Assembly: GCA_030264375.1 (NCBI GenBank)
Contig: JASCQW010000032.1
Location: forward strand, 30,356,095-30,413,409
Source of the DNA: Carcharhinus longimanus
Lineage: Eukaryota
Reading direction: 5' to 3'
Length of the DNA: 57,315 nucleotides
The notes below the pieces were generated by a model. That model was not told the origin of the DNA. It did not search any database and was given only the letters and a program-made list of their open reading frames with translations. Shown in pieces: positions 1 to 12,718 of the stretch. The stretch's first letter is position 1, and every line of letters begins with the position of its first letter. Made by a program: the position numbers and the translations under genes.

Positions 1-103
1 CTACACGAGTGCAGCAGTTCAAGAAGGCACTTCACGACCATCTTCTCAAGGGCAATTAGGAATGGGGAATAAATGCTGGCCTCGCCAGCGATGCCCACAT
101 CCC
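1..103 (+). mobile_element. 3' tail of the APE/RT LINE family also present at 45775-48390 and 52585-55665
   Basis: ttcaagaaggca...cttctcaagggcaattagg...aataaatgctggcc...gatgcccacatccc matches the tails at ~55600-55665 (+) and ~45780-45870 (-). Confidence 0.7.
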
Positions 104-1061
104 ATTAGTTAATTAAAAATACAGCCTCTTGTTATTGTGAAGGAGCCCTGCATCAGAATAGAGCTCCTTCACAGCTGTTCAATGTATGATGGGGAGCCCA
201 GCACACTACTGGAAATGGATGCTCACACAGTATATCACAACAAAACAATACTTTGCTTTAATAGTGTTGAACCAGTGGTTCTGGACAGATGATATCGAAG
301 TGTCTTGTTTAAATGTCCATAATGTAGGCAAAATATTATGTTCCTACCTTTGTTAAGCAGCACTATTATAAAATCTTCGAATTTGACAAATCTGTCTTGG
401 TGGTTTATGTATGCATAACCATACCCACTGGCATGCAATGACAATTAATGTATTGTAGACTTTCAAATCAGTAACCCATCTGTATTTGGCCACTTATGAA
501 AATAACATTTGGTCAATTCCCATAGTACTGCCCTATCTAGATTTCATCTTCTTATCGCATGTTTCTGTGGTTACGGAATACTTTGGCAAAAAACAGACTG
601 AGACAGTCAGAAAGGTGAATGCATATCTTGCATTTCATTGGTCTCTTGTTGCAATTGGTGGGTTTAAAAATACCAGAGTAGATATATAATTTTGCGTATT
701 GGTGGGGGTCTGTAGTTTCTCTGACTTCATAAAGTAGTTTATTGATCCATGTCAGCTATCAGGTAAAACTGAGCAGGATTTGTCAGCTCAATTAAAGAGC
801 AATTTCATGTAGGAATGAAGTGATGGAAGCAAATCACTCAAACAAAATCTCAAATTTTCAGTTCAACATTATAAATGCATTGTAATAAACATTAGGATTG
901 CAAACAATCTATGTTCTGATCGAAGNNNNNNNNNNNNNNNNNNNNNNNNNNNNNNNNNNNNNNNNNNNNNNNNNNNACATATGTCATAAAATTACATTGC
1001 ATTAATCAAAAATTATGGTCGGATTCTCAACAGTTGGGGGGGGCGGGGGGTACCTTTGTAA

Positions 1062-1955
1062 GGTACCCTCCAACCTACAGGACTCTTGAGTCAATAGAAC
1101 TTTGAAAGATGTCTACCAATGCATCCACTATTTCCTTAGGTAGCCTGGGATGTAGATTATCAAGCCCTGGGTATTTATTGGCCTTCAATCCCATCTATTC
1201 CGTCAAGACCATTTCCCTATAATACTGATTTCCTTCAGTTTCTACCTCTCGCTAAACCCTGCGTTCCCTAACATTTCTGGTACGTTATTTGTGTTCTCCC
1301 TTGTGAAGACAACCAATTTATGTAGTTGACTGGTTAGCCATTTGTTCCCCATTATAAACTCCCGATTCTGTCAGGGAACTATATTTGTCTTCACCGATCT
1401 TTTCCTTGTCACATAACTATAGAAGCATTTACAGTCAGTTTTATGTTCCCTGCAAGCTCATACTCATCCTCTAATACTATCCCTAATTTCCCTTGTAAGC
1501 CATGGTTTGGCCACCTTTCCAGTTTTATTTTTTGCACCAGACAGGAACGAATAATTGTTGCAGTGCACCCATGCGCTCTTTGATTGTTTGCCATTGCATT
1601 TTCGCCATCATCCATTTTAGTAATGTTTCCTAATCCATCATAGCCAACTTGGAGCCTCAGACCATCTTAGCTTCCTTTACTTAGAATCAACTATGTCACT
1701 CTCCATCTTGGTGATGAATTCTATCATAATATGGTCACTCATCCCCAAGGGGTCTTGCACAACTAGATCGTCAATTATTCCTTTCTTATTACACATGGAT
1801 AGCCTGTTCTCCAGTTGATTCCTCAACATATTGGTCCAGAAAACCTTCTTGTACAGACTCCAGGATTCCCCCTCTGCAGTATTGTTACTAATTTGATTAG
1901 TTCAGTCTATATGCAGATTAAAGTCACCCATGATGCATCTTAAATTTCCTGATTA
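1062..1955 (-). mobile_element. Degenerate CR1-type LINE ORF2 fragment (endonuclease/linker region)
   Basis: Minus strand has decayed CR1 ORF2 motifs (MGDFNLHID-like near 1910-1930; QPWLT-like ccaaaccatggcttaca near 1495-1512); many stops. Confidence 0.7.
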
Positions 1956-2084
1956 ATGCTGATGATGCTTATCATTGATGTCAAAGTACTAGCAGAAGCT
2001 TAGGTTTACAAAAAGTTAGATAATCAATCAAGTTGGCTAAAAAAATTCACAGGACAACTATCCCAGCTCGCTGTGCTGCTCCTG

Positions 2085-2430
2085 GGGGAGTGGAGGGGGA
2101 CACTGGGGCTTACCTGGAGAGGTCCGGTGGCGGTCAGAGGGGCAGTGATGCAGGGTACGTGGCTGACCAGTAGTTGGAGGGCTGCCAGTGTGCTGCAACA
2201 ATCTTGGCGCTGACAGATCAGTGCATGTGCATTGGCCCACTCAGGGTTATGCTGACAGCCTTGCCATCGGGAATAGGCCCCGCCCCCTGATTTTCAGTGT
2301 GAATCTCGCTAGGGCTGTTTGCAGTGCTCAGAGTGTTGTGAGATTCATTTTGAAAATTCCGCTAAAAAAGAAAATCAGTGGGAATTACTCCAGTTTTCAC
2401 ATAAGATAGGTACTTAGATTTTTTCCATCA
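2085..2430. mobile_element. Remnant of a GC-rich non-autonomous DNA transposon (Harbinger/MITE-like)
   Basis: G-rich blocks and a terminal segment (gccccgcccc...acttagatttttt) resembling the 3' part of the TIR element at 11185-12141. Confidence 0.4.
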
Positions 2431-5349
2431 CTGGAAATCCTCGACTTGCCATTGACTATCTGACAATCAGCACATTCTGGACAAAATCCATAAAGTACAA
2501 AAATTAAGATATCAATATTACAGCACAGAAATGTAGAAATTTAGCTTTGTCATTTTATCTGTAAACACTAAAAATATTGCATCTTAAGTCATGATGTTGG
2601 ATTGGCTTCTTCCAGCAAGAGCAGTACAACATTTAAAATTTACATAATTGCAAGGTGGATTCTATCTACATGCGGAAAAGTGCTCCATCTTTTGGATCTC
2701 CAGGATGAGGCAGATACAAGTTGTCAAGAAGTATATGTTCATCATCCATACACATATCTCAACAATCTAGCTATTTCACTGAGCGAATGCTCTGTCAGTC
2801 CCTATACTTTTCATAATGGCTATCCTTTTCTGAAATGTGGTGTCACATAATCTGTTGTTCCTTTTGTCTGGATGCAGAGATCCACTGTCAAATGTTATTG
2901 CAAGCTCCTGCGACATGTGGGTACTGGTGGTTAGTGAGGTTAGGTATTTCAGTTTTCTATTTTTTTCAAACTACTGAAAAATCCTTAAACAGTAACACTT
3001 AACCTGTGATGTCAGGAACAAATTAACTCAGATACATTGACAGATAGCTTTGTACATAGGAAAATCAGCGAGTCAGATTCAATTGCAGTAAATAAATCAG
3101 TGAAACTTATAAATTTAGCTTTCTCTGTACTGATGCAACAGAATTATTCAAAAAACTTCAATTCAAACAAAGCATTGCATTTTCTACCTTTTCAGATTGT
3201 GTGCCTGCCCAAAAACTCGATAAATGCTTTTCAAAAAGATTGTAATTCAGACCCAATTCAAGTTCAGCTGTAAGAAACGAATATATTTGAAAGTAAAATT
3301 AAGAAAATCATTGTACAGAACTTAAGTCCATTATGGCCAGAGGCACCAGCTTCCATTGATCTGTGACATGCCTTTCACTGCTCTGTGTGGACTTAACAAT
3401 GGGAGATTTGGACCTCAGTTTTCATGGCAACAAGAGCCTCATTCATTTTGGGTGTATAAGCAAATTGGGATAGAAAAGGAGTTCTATTATATTATTTTAA
3501 ACGTTGAATTACTTTGTGCTTTACTGCTACCTCTCATTTCTGGTATTGCTGTAAACACTAGCAGGGGCTGCCTATAAATTAGTCTTTGAGCCAAGATTAT
3601 GCAGCATTCTTGTTGAAGAATAATGCATCTGGGCTTTGCATTTCTCATTCAACATCATGGAACAATTCTTCAAATAAGAGACCGAGTAGTATATAGACTA
3701 ATCTCAATGGTCTAAAATCAAATTAAAATATTAGCTAATACAATGTTTTTTTAAATCTCATCATTATCTTCCAAACTGCAGCTCTTTGCAAATCCAGGCT
3801 ACAAGTTTCATGACTTTTTTTTAAACTACTAAAAGCACTGAATGCAATTTCCTTGCTTTTGCATTACCCATGCCAACTTTTAGTAGAAATTACTTATTTT
3901 AAATACCCAACTCTCTGTTAACTAATGACCAATTTGAGAGACTTTATCACTTGAGCAAATCTGCTATCAAAATCATGCAACACTTGGGGCTACTTTGTTT
4001 TACACACATCGATTGATCAGGCACTTCCAAGTAAAGGCACAATTTTTAAGCCTTGAAAAATGTGAGAGTAAAAATTGATTATCTTTTTAATTAGTTATCT
4101 TTTTAACCAATTCTCTTTCTGATGAAATAATAAATAAATTCTGGCAGAGAAGGAACCAGATTTAGTGCTAAACATTAGTTTTAGGCATAAGGATTTTTAA
4201 AAAAAGTTAAATACCATTAAAACATTTAATCCCAAGTGAAACTCAAAACTCTGTAGAATATTGCTAAAGAGGACAATAGAAATTTTTAAAATCCCTAATA
4301 ATTCTGCATCGGAAAATAAAGCAAAAGAAGGAAAAATATTGACCTAGGACATTGAGACATTGGAAATCATGTCTGCAAGACAATATCCCAGCTGTGAGTG
4401 TAATCGTTGAAGAGCAGAGGAAGTTTGTGGAATAAACAATACCTTTCCAATCCAGCCCACACTTCACAACTGGGCCAAAACGTCCTTTTCTTGCATTTCA
4501 CTCACCATATTCTTTATTTTTCTTGGGTTACATGTCAAATTGCAGCCAATGGAATATTTAAGAACTCATAATGCAAACAATAGTGGAAAAATCACAGCAG
4601 CAGCAAAGAGATATGTTTATAAAGATCTAGGCCAAAGCGTTAAAGATGGAAGCTTATGAAGACAAGGAGTGAATGGGCAAAAGTAGCACAATCAAGCCTT
4701 TACTGAAACCAGAGAGCAGTGCAAAACAAAAAGAATTACAGCTGAAAAGTTCAAAAGGGAAATGGATTTTCCTATTTATTGGGATGATTTAAGTGCCAGT
4801 CAAATAATAGACCTATCCAGCAAATAAGATTTACTGCAAGTTATTTTCATTGAAATTTCCAATAGCAAACCACTTTTGGAAAATTGCTATGTACCACCTC
4901 GTTAAAGTAATCAAGTGTGTATGGAAATATTTGAACAAAGAAAAAGGACACAAAAAAGTTAATAACTCTGGTCAACTAAGTGATCCTGAAATAATTAGGA
5001 ACAATTCAAGTCTTCTTCATGGGAAGAAACATTTGTAGACATTGGATTGGCTGCTTCTTAATAATAACTAGACACAGATAACATGTAATGCTTAGTACAA
5101 GGCAGAAGGAAATGTTTAGACATGAAAAATCAGTTATTTAATTAAAAGAAACTAATTTAAAGATGATTTCAACAGTAAGAACAGCAAGGCAAAGAAATTG
5201 ATGACTGGTAAGAAAGATTTGCTCATGAACGCTCAAAAATGGTGTATTTGAAACACGGGATATATGAAAGAGCTGGAAAACTAACTGAAAGATACAACCG
5301 CATGATTCAAGAAAGGTAAACAGCATTTTGAAAGAACTTCAGGCCATTT

Positions 5350-5570
5350 GCAATAACTTACAATTTATATAGCAACTGTAATGGAGAAGACAATGTCTCA
5401 AGATACTTCAGAGAAGTGTGATTGGATAAAATGTGTCAAGCTAAAGAAGAAAATATTCAACAGCAGTCACCAATAACTTGGTCAAAAGGGTATTTTAAAG
5501 AAGAAAAAGTTTTAGCAGAGAAGAGAAAGGTGGAGAAGCAGAGGGATTTAGGGAAAGTTGGGATTCAGTG
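5350..5570 (-). mobile_element. Old L2-like LINE/SINE 3' end
   Basis: caataacttacaatttatatagca... is the reverse complement of a typical L2-type tail; heavily diverged. Confidence 0.35.
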
Positions 5571-5877
5571 GTGGTTTGTGTGAATCATTGAACTGACTTC
5601 TGTTTGGTTTGATTTATTTATTGTGCAGTGCACAGCAAGTTTTAAAAAATTCAAGATTGTACAACACATTTAGAACTTTGTACATTAATGATGTTATTAT
5701 TGAATCAGTGGAATTTACTGTCGCAAAGTCAGTAATTTTTATTTTAATACGACTTATCCTTAAAATGTTCAATTCTTTGGTACTCTTGCTTTAATTTGCA
5801 AATTACATTATTAATTTCACTAGAAAAAGTCAACAATTTAGCATCTGGATGAATAGTACCTTTCTTTTGGGTGTTAC

Positions 5878-6643
5878 TAGTTGCTCTAAATTTGAGTACA
5901 TCAGTAACGATTTCTTTTAGATTGCAGCATGACCAGTGCACAGGGGACAGCATGATGCCAAAAAGCGAGGGGTTGGAGGGGAAGGAGATGAGGCTTCATT
6001 TCCTTCGGTATTCAGGAAGGAATGAGATGTGTGCACCACACGAAGGATGACCCCACTGAAATCTGCAGTCACAATTTTGACTTAAGAGGTTCAACATGGT
6101 GCTTGCGTCACAAAGCTCTGGTGTAAGTCATGCCAGATGCCATGTTGGTGAGGGCTTCAATGCACACATCGTGAGTCAGCTGAAAAGTATAGAGCAGGCA
6201 GATCACATTTCCAGTCAGTTTTTAGCATTGATTTGACAACAGCATTGCTACTTTGAAGTTCAATGTTCCACTGAATGATGTTGCATAATCACTTACAGCT
6301 GAACACACGTTCACAGCAAGAAGGCTTTCTACTGGCTGTTGCTACAACTGTTCAAGCATTTGGTGCTTTCTAGCTTTCTTGAAAGTTGCTAAAGTCTAGA
6401 GTGGTGTATTAGGTACTGAAGGAGCTAACTCTGACTTGAAGGTTTCTGCATAAATTAGTTGCTCCCAGATATGGGTACACTAGTAACCATTTCTCTTAGA
6501 ATACAGCATGACCAGCAAACAGTGCACAGAGGGAGGGGTAGGAGGACAGATTGCTGCATTTACTATGGTGTTCAGTAAGGAATGAGATGTGTGCACTACA
6601 CCAAAGATGACCCAACTGAAACCTGCAGTCACAATTTTGACTT
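5878..6643 (+). mobile_element. Harbinger-like relic with a diverged direct duplication (5878-6083 and 6456-6643)
   Basis: Both units share tagttgct...cagcatgaccag...aggaatgagatgtgtgcac...ctgcagtcacaattttgactt; resembles the 5' end of shark Harbinger transposase genes (recall). Confidence 0.5.
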
Positions 6644-6914
6644 CAGAGCAAAGTAAATACAATACTGCCAATAGCTATGAAGGCAATCATTGTGATGAAC
6701 TTCAATGCTGGTTCTTCCAGGCTGTAGCTGAAGAATATGCAACGTCTTGCAGTTTTGCCAACAACTGTTGCTCAAGGGAGATCACCGAAATTTGTCATTC
6801 GAAAGGAGCTGACATTTCATGTTCACTTGCCAGAAAGCAACTGGCAGATTTGTCAATGTTGAGAAATATTGCAACCAAAAGAATAGCTCATCCTCATTGT
6901 TCCAAATAAGTCAT

Positions 6915-6995
6915 ATTGGACTCAAAATGTTAACTTTGTTCTCTCTCCATGGATGCTGCCAGACTTGTTGAGGTTTTTGCAGTACTTTCTGATTT
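6915..6995 (+). mobile_element. Penelope-derived short repeat fragment
   Basis: aaatgttaactttgttctctctccatggatgctgccagacttgttgag, similar to the right arm of 17030-17220. Confidence 0.5.
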
Positions 6996-7029
6996 TAATT
7001 CACTCTCTTATCATCTAGCTAGCGTGATC

Positions 7030-7320
7030 ATAGGCAGAAAATTATGCAGGTCAATGCCTGGTTCCTGGCAGCAAGGACAATGGGCAGGGAGAGCCGGTAA
7101 ATCATGGCCATCGATGGGCAGAGCGAGCAGGTAAAGTTGCCTCGAGAGCCGAGACATCAGGATCGTGCCTGATTTTTCGGCTCTCGTGATCTTACTGGCA
7201 CTGGATTTCGGTCAGTTTCTCACCCATTTCCAGCAAGAGGCTGAATAACTTAAATTTATTTAAATCATAATTTACATGTTTAGTGAGCCCAGTGCTTAAT
7301 CATCTGGGCACACTTGCCTT
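7030..7320 (+). mobile_element. Fragment of the same MITE family as 11185-12141
   Basis: Shared blocks ccatcgatgggc, gagagccgaga, gctgaataa and acatgtttag; internal hairpin cgagagccga...tcggctctcg. Confidence 0.6.
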
Positions 7321-7321
7321 T

Positions 7322-7632
7322 TAAAGTAAAAAGTAAAAGTTTATTTGTCACAAATAGATGTATATTCACACTGTAATAAAGTTACTGTGAAAATCCCCTG
7401 GTTGCCACGCTCCAGCACCTGTTCAGGTACACAGAGGGAGAATTTAGCACGGCCAATGCACCTAACCAACACATCTTTTGGACTGTGGGAGGAAACCAGA
7501 GCACCTGGAGGAAACCCATGCAGAAGCAGGGAGAACATGCAGATTCCGCACAGACAGTGACCCAAGCCGGGAATTGAACCTGGGTCCCTGGCGCTGTGAG
7601 GCAGTAGTGCTAACCACTGTGCTTCCATGCCA
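7322..7632 (-). mobile_element. tRNA-derived shark SINE (V-SINE/HE1-like body) with (tttact)n tail
   Basis: Minus strand: gcacagtggttagcact (A box), ggttcaattcc (B box), tgggtttcctccaggtgctctggtttcctcccacagtccaaa core, simple-repeat tail. Confidence 0.85.
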
Positions 7633-7849
7633 CACTTGTATGTGCAATTATCTCTAGTGTTAGAATGTGCCCCTTGTATCTCAGTGGCCAGCAGTGGAGG
7701 CCTAATGGGGCATTGACGGTTTGATCGTAACTTCTTCTGACTCGTTCTACTGTTCTGTCTGTGTAATTAAATGTTTATTTAGTTTTATTGATTGTTTTGT
7801 ATTGATTGAAATGCAGAACATTGGTTCCACATCGCTTCCGACTCTCCCA

Positions 7850-8010
7850 TGACTTCTATTCTTAGCCATTTCAATGACATTTGTGGCGTACCGACATGAT
7901 GCAGTTTCCTTCTGGTGTGCAGCACTTTGCACTCGTCCTCATTAAATTGCATCTATCATTGTTCCGTCCACATATTTTTTCATCCAATTCATTCTATACT
8001 TTTATGAGCT
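7850..8010 (-). mobile_element. Ancient CR1/L2 RT C-terminal relic
   Basis: Minus strand atgcaatttaatgaggacgagtgcaaagtgctgcac = MQFNEDECKVLH, like the CR1 WQMQFNxxKCKVLH motif. Confidence 0.45.
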
Positions 8011-8343
8011 ACTTCATGAATTCAGCTGTCCCTCCCCTTCTTTTGTTGTCACCATAGCCTTAGTGGGGCTGTTAACATCTTCCTTCTTGTCTAGCTTCCT
8101 TCGAGCCTCCCTCCGTCTGCATCTCAATGTCACCCACCCATCTGATCTTTCTTCTTCCTCTTAGGTTTTTGCCCTCATTTTCTCATTCAATTGCTGCCAG
8201 GACAAGGCTGTCAGGCCTTTGTCCGTTCTTGGCTTAACTACCTTTCTGTCTCTTAACTGTACTTAGCAACCTTTTTGATTCCTGAAGTTATACGCTTGAT
8301 TGAATCCACTCATTCGTCTTTCTGTCCATCTAGCCCCTCGTAT

Positions 8344-8418
8344 CATAGAATCATAGAACCCTACAGTGCAGAAAGAGGCCCTTTGGCCCATCGAGTCTGC
8401 ACCGACCACAATCCCACC
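8344..8418 (-). mobile_element. 3' tail of an HE1-like SINE or CR1-type LINE running into a gap
   Basis: catagaatcatagaaccctacagtgcagaaagaggccc... is the same tail as at 50653-50720. Confidence 0.75.
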
Positions 8419-8518
8419 NNNNNNNNNNNNNNNNNNNNNNNNNNNNNNNNNNNNNNNNNNNNNNNNNNNNNNNNNNNNNNNNNNNNNNNNNNNNNNNNNN
8501 NNNNNNNNNNNNNNNNNN

Positions 8519-8633
8519 TGCACTCTCTCGTTTCCTTCTCTATGAATGGTATGCTTTGTACAATGCATGAGAAACAATACTATTCACTGTGTGCTAATAT
8601 ATGTGACAATAATAAATCAAACCAAAACAAAAA
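8519..8633 (+). mobile_element. 3' end of a LINE (Rex-Babar-like tail) emerging from a gap
   Basis: ...ttcactgtgtgctaatatatgtgacaataataaa followed by a tcaaa/caaaa-type tail. Confidence 0.5.
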
Positions 8634-10390
8634 TAAGTTCCTTGAAGAACTTATTGATTATCTGCAATTTTATGATCCTATTCATTGTGATGGATATTAT
8701 TGACCAGCATGTGTACCCTGACACATGTATATTCCATTCAAAGAAGTAGAGATGTGAATGACAGAACAGTGATGTTGGAAGCATCAAAGAATGATCCAGC
8801 CAATACTTAAGTACCCTAATCCCCTCAATATGTTTCTATATGTCCAGGAAGCCCTATGAAGATTTAATTGAGGAGTTGTCTCTTTGCAGACTTGGGTTTA
8901 GAAAGGTACTTCTGAATGAAGTGCACCAGATTCCATTCAACAATTTATAGCCCAGAAAAAGGGCCTATTTGACTTTGCTAGTAATTGTCAACTGTTTTAC
9001 CTTTGGCTCATTCTTGCTGCAAATGGAGCCTTCAGCAAGATCACCTTGGATACTATCCAATTCTACATTCACTCAGAGAACAGGAAAATTGATCCAATTT
9101 GGGGTTACATCATAGCAGCAAAGGCCATTCAACCTTATCCAGGTTTTGGTTCCTTTAAGCTTATGGGGGCAATAGATGACAATCCATTTAACATTGTGGA
9201 TGCTACCATTGATTTCCTGATTAGAAAGGAATTCCTCTCCTGAATTTCCATATTGTTTTTGGCCAGCAGAAATTATTTCTCCATGTCACTGCCATATTTT
9301 TGGACATTTGGCATAATGTTCACGTTATGCGAAACTCTAACCTCTGAGCAATATGCAGAGAAGACAGCCACATGTTGGCATGGATGTTCAGCACAAATTT
9401 GCTATTTAAAAAAAAATGTAAGTGGAATCTGTGAAGGGAGATCCAGCTACTATAGATGTTCAGATATCTGGAACGCAGCATTACGAGGATATTGACTTTG
9501 AGGAGGTTGCCATCCTGACTGCCAAGCAAATTCTTTGGCTTCAGATTAAAAGGGCTCACTTTACTGCATTTTCCCAGTCTTCATGCTGACTTCATTGCTT
9601 CCAAGAAAAATACATCTGACTTTGTATCTTATGACAGACCTGCCACTTCACCCTAACTGCACCTCATAAGATCTAATAAGCTCTGTGAACACCAGAACCC
9701 GTACAAAATGCAACGTTAGTTCTATTGTACCTTCACATAGTTGACATTTAATACAAATTTACATTTCTCACTGCTCTGTTTCTTCTAGGTAGCTATCCAT
9801 TATTTTTCCATTGACTTCTCCTGGTGTTTTTATTTGAATTGTTCTGATCCCTCTGAGGGAAATGTATACCAAAATAAACAAATTTACCAAATGATCCCCA
9901 GATGAAGAATTACCAATAGGTTTCACCTTGTGTTAGCCTTTGTTTTTAACGCAAATCAGAAAAAATACACTTTGCATTTTAATTAATAGACAAATGATAT
10001 TTCAGATTAAAAAGATATATTTCATTTTGAATGTTGCAATACCACAAAGATACATCATTCACCACACAAATATAGCATTATACAGTTACACACCTGTATA
10101 ATATGCTGTTCTTTATTCGTGCAAGTTAAGACAATTCCTAGCCAACAACAGCTTTCATTTTCAAGTTTCAGGTATAATTATCATTGGCAAGACACTTTTT
10201 TGAATCCTCTCTCCCTCAGCTCGCAACAGTTCTGATGGTATAGCTTTCCATAGTTCCTCTTCAATCAACCAACCAATAAACATTTGAGTTCAGTGTTAGG
10301 CCACTTCTGGAAAAACATCTAGTTTTTAGCAACTCTCGGCTGTTCACACAGCTTTCCATGTTTTAGACCTTTTTGGTTAGCTTACACAGT

Positions 10391-10950
10391 GGGCCCGATT
10401 TTTTTTTCCATCATGTTGTGCCCATTTTCAGGCATGAAACCTTGGTAAAGTCAGGTGTGAGGTGAGTAGCACAATCAGCGCCCGCCTCCACGCCAGTTCC
10501 CTCTTTACCAAGGCCTGAAAATGGCCACAATTGGGACATGCATTTAAATTGACTTACTGGGCTGCACGTCCAACTTTACTGGCACCTCCCCCTTTACCAT
10601 CGTGTTCACCCATCCAGAATCAGCATGAAACAGACATGCTCCACAAAAGTCCAATTCAAGTGCTCCAGTTAGTGAGGAGATAAGTGCTGAGAGTGCTGGG
10701 CATCCAACGTTTCTCTGCTTGAGATTGGGAGAGGGGGGGACGAGGAATGGGGATCCACTGCCACTCTGCCTGAGATGAGTGGAGGGAAGGTGGGGGTGGT
10801 CTGCTGCCACTCTGTCTGAGATCAGTGGGGGTAAAGGGGGTGGGGTGGGGCCACGATCGGTCTGGGTGGCAGGAAGATAAAGGGGTCAGTAATGTGAGGG
10901 TGGGGCGTTATCCGGCCCAGGATGGATGTGGTGAGGGAGCAGCATTCTAA
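10391..10950. mobile_element. Non-autonomous Harbinger-like element (GC-rich)
   Basis: Starts with a gggcccgatttt TIR-like end; internal G-rich repeats (gccactctg.ctgagat twice). Confidence 0.5.
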
Positions 10951-11184
10951 TAGAGTCCTTTGAGGTCGTTGAAATTGAATTTTACAGGAAAAGCTGAGTG
11001 GCTTAAAAGAATCCATGGTTTTCTGTAAAGCTGCAGAAGCCAGATGTTTTCCAGAAATTAACAACATTGTTCTTGACAAAATTAACCAGACCAAAAAAAT
11101 TGGAAGCCTTTGCACCCTCAAAAATGGCAATCTATGGTCTTGACTGTACAAAGTCGAATACACTTTCTGATAAAGAAACATACA

Positions 11185-12141
11185 GGGTGGAATTTTACCG
11201 GCTCGCCCCATCCATCGATGGGCGGAATGGGCTGGTAAAATCATGCGAGAGCCGAGAAATCATGATCATGCCCAATTTCTTGACTGTCACAATTTTAGGA
11301 GAGACAGATTTCCAGCATGGTCAGCTTCTCACCGGAAATGGGCGAGAAGCTGAATAATTTTTTTTTAAATATGTTTAAATTTGAATTTGCACATGTTTAG
11401 CGAGACTGGCATTCACTTGGCCGGGTTTTTTTGCCTTTACCGTCTCGCCAGGATATGTTCTCTCCAGTGAGGAAAACAACTTCTCCCCAGGAACAGTCAC
11501 GTTGGCCTCACCAACTGAAGGCCATCTAGCCTCCCGGGGAAGCCGAGGGCTGTGCCAGCCTGTCACCACGGTGCTGCCAGCCTGTCAACTGGGCATTACC
11601 TACTAGGCATCTTGGCACCGCCCACCGCATAGGGGTGGGCATGAAGAGGATGGCCCGGCCGTAGGGGGTCCCACTGCCATTCTGCAATTAGGCTCAGATC
11701 AGAGGAGGGCTGCTGCCATTCTCTAACAACATTGGATCAGGGAAGGGGAGGTGCAATCGGTCTGGAGGGGGTGATATTTTCAGGCTGTGTGGGACATGCG
11801 ATTGGTCGCAGGCCCGTGCAGTTCTGGGGGTGGGGACGGGGACTGTTAAGGCTGGTTGCAGTAGCAGAGGCCTGATCGTTCTCTCTGTCAAGCGTTTGCT
11901 GTTGGAATTACGCATGTGCAGTCACAGAGGTCTGCACATGTGCAATAGCTCCCTCTGCTGACTGATCAGGCTGGCTGGTGATTTAAGCCCCATCCACTGC
12001 CTCTAGTAGCTAGAAACAGTCTAGCCCATTTTTTCATGCACTATGTGCATAAGATCAGGAGTAAAAGCTCACTCAAAAACAGATCTGCAACTTTTTTTCA
12101 CGCTAGCTGGCACTTAGAATTTTTCTCATAAAATTCCACCC
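11185..12141. mobile_element. Non-autonomous Harbinger/PIF-type element with 12-bp terminal inverted repeats
   Basis: gggtggaatttt (11185-11196) and aaaattccaccc (12130-12141) are exact reverse complements; non-coding interior. Confidence 0.75.
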
Positions 12142-12590
12142 AATGTCTTTATTCTGAGTAGTCTGCTATTCTATCTGCACTTGAGCCACAACAGCAAACC
12201 AAATTGTGGCTACTGGTTGACAAGATCTATCTGTTAATGATATGGCCAATGACTCTCGTGCATAATCTACGCAAATATGGGCAGCATGCAAACAACAAAA
12301 TACATGTTGCTACATGAAATGTGATAAAGCAGAACATTGGAATGCTGAAACAAGCTGCCTGGATTGTTCTGAAGGAGCCTTGCTGTACTTCGCAGAACAG
12401 CTGCTGTCAAGAATCATTGTGGTGTGCTGCATGCTGCACAACCACATCATCATGAGGGCACAGCCCTTACCAACAGCGATATGGGAAGAAGCAGCAGGAT
12501 GTGAAAGGAACGAGGAACCTGCAAACCTTCTTTCAATCTGGATGTGTGAGAACAACTCATCTGACTTCAAGTCCAGTATACGCAATCCCA
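12142..12590 (+). pseudogene. Harbinger (HARBI1-like, DDE_Tnp_4) transposase C-terminal relic
   Basis: Decayed WLLVDKxY...NVIKQNIGMLKQ and CLDCSEGALLY...SRIIVVCCMLHNHIIMRAQPLP match the Harbinger transposase C-terminus. Confidence 0.85.
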
Positions 12591-12596
12591 AATCCC

Positions 12597-12718
12597 TGGC
12601 CTGAATTCTCCCACTACCACTGCCCGAGACAAGAGAATTTGGTGCTCAGCCAAATCTCCATTCGCAGCAGCATGGTGGGGGAATGTCAGCTGTGGGGAGG
12701 TTGGAGAATTCTGGTCCC
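12597..12718. mobile_element. ~120-bp MITE nested in the Harbinger relic
   Basis: Imperfect TIRs ggcctgaattctcc / ggagaattctggtcc. Confidence 0.55.

Larger units (their letters stand above)
8190..9590 (+). pseudogene. Unassigned decayed coding relic, interrupted by retroposon DNA at 8344-8633
   Basis: Frame joins across the insertion (LIPEVIRLIESTHSSFCPSSPSY|KFLEELIDYLQFY); 8920-9495 is one frame with a single internal TGA; no family recognised. Confidence 0.35.

Noticed and set aside
235-830. Unique-looking sequence with short ORFs on both strands
   Set aside because: No recognisable protein family or splice structure; lengths are within chance expectation
7560-7632. tRNA gene
   Set aside because: The A/B boxes belong to a SINE head continuous with SINE body and tail; no complete cloverleaf
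10170-10290. Minus-strand peptide LIEEELWKAIPSELL resembling the PMS1 HMG-box IEELWK
   Set aside because: Downstream of the PMS1 stop, short and without further similarity
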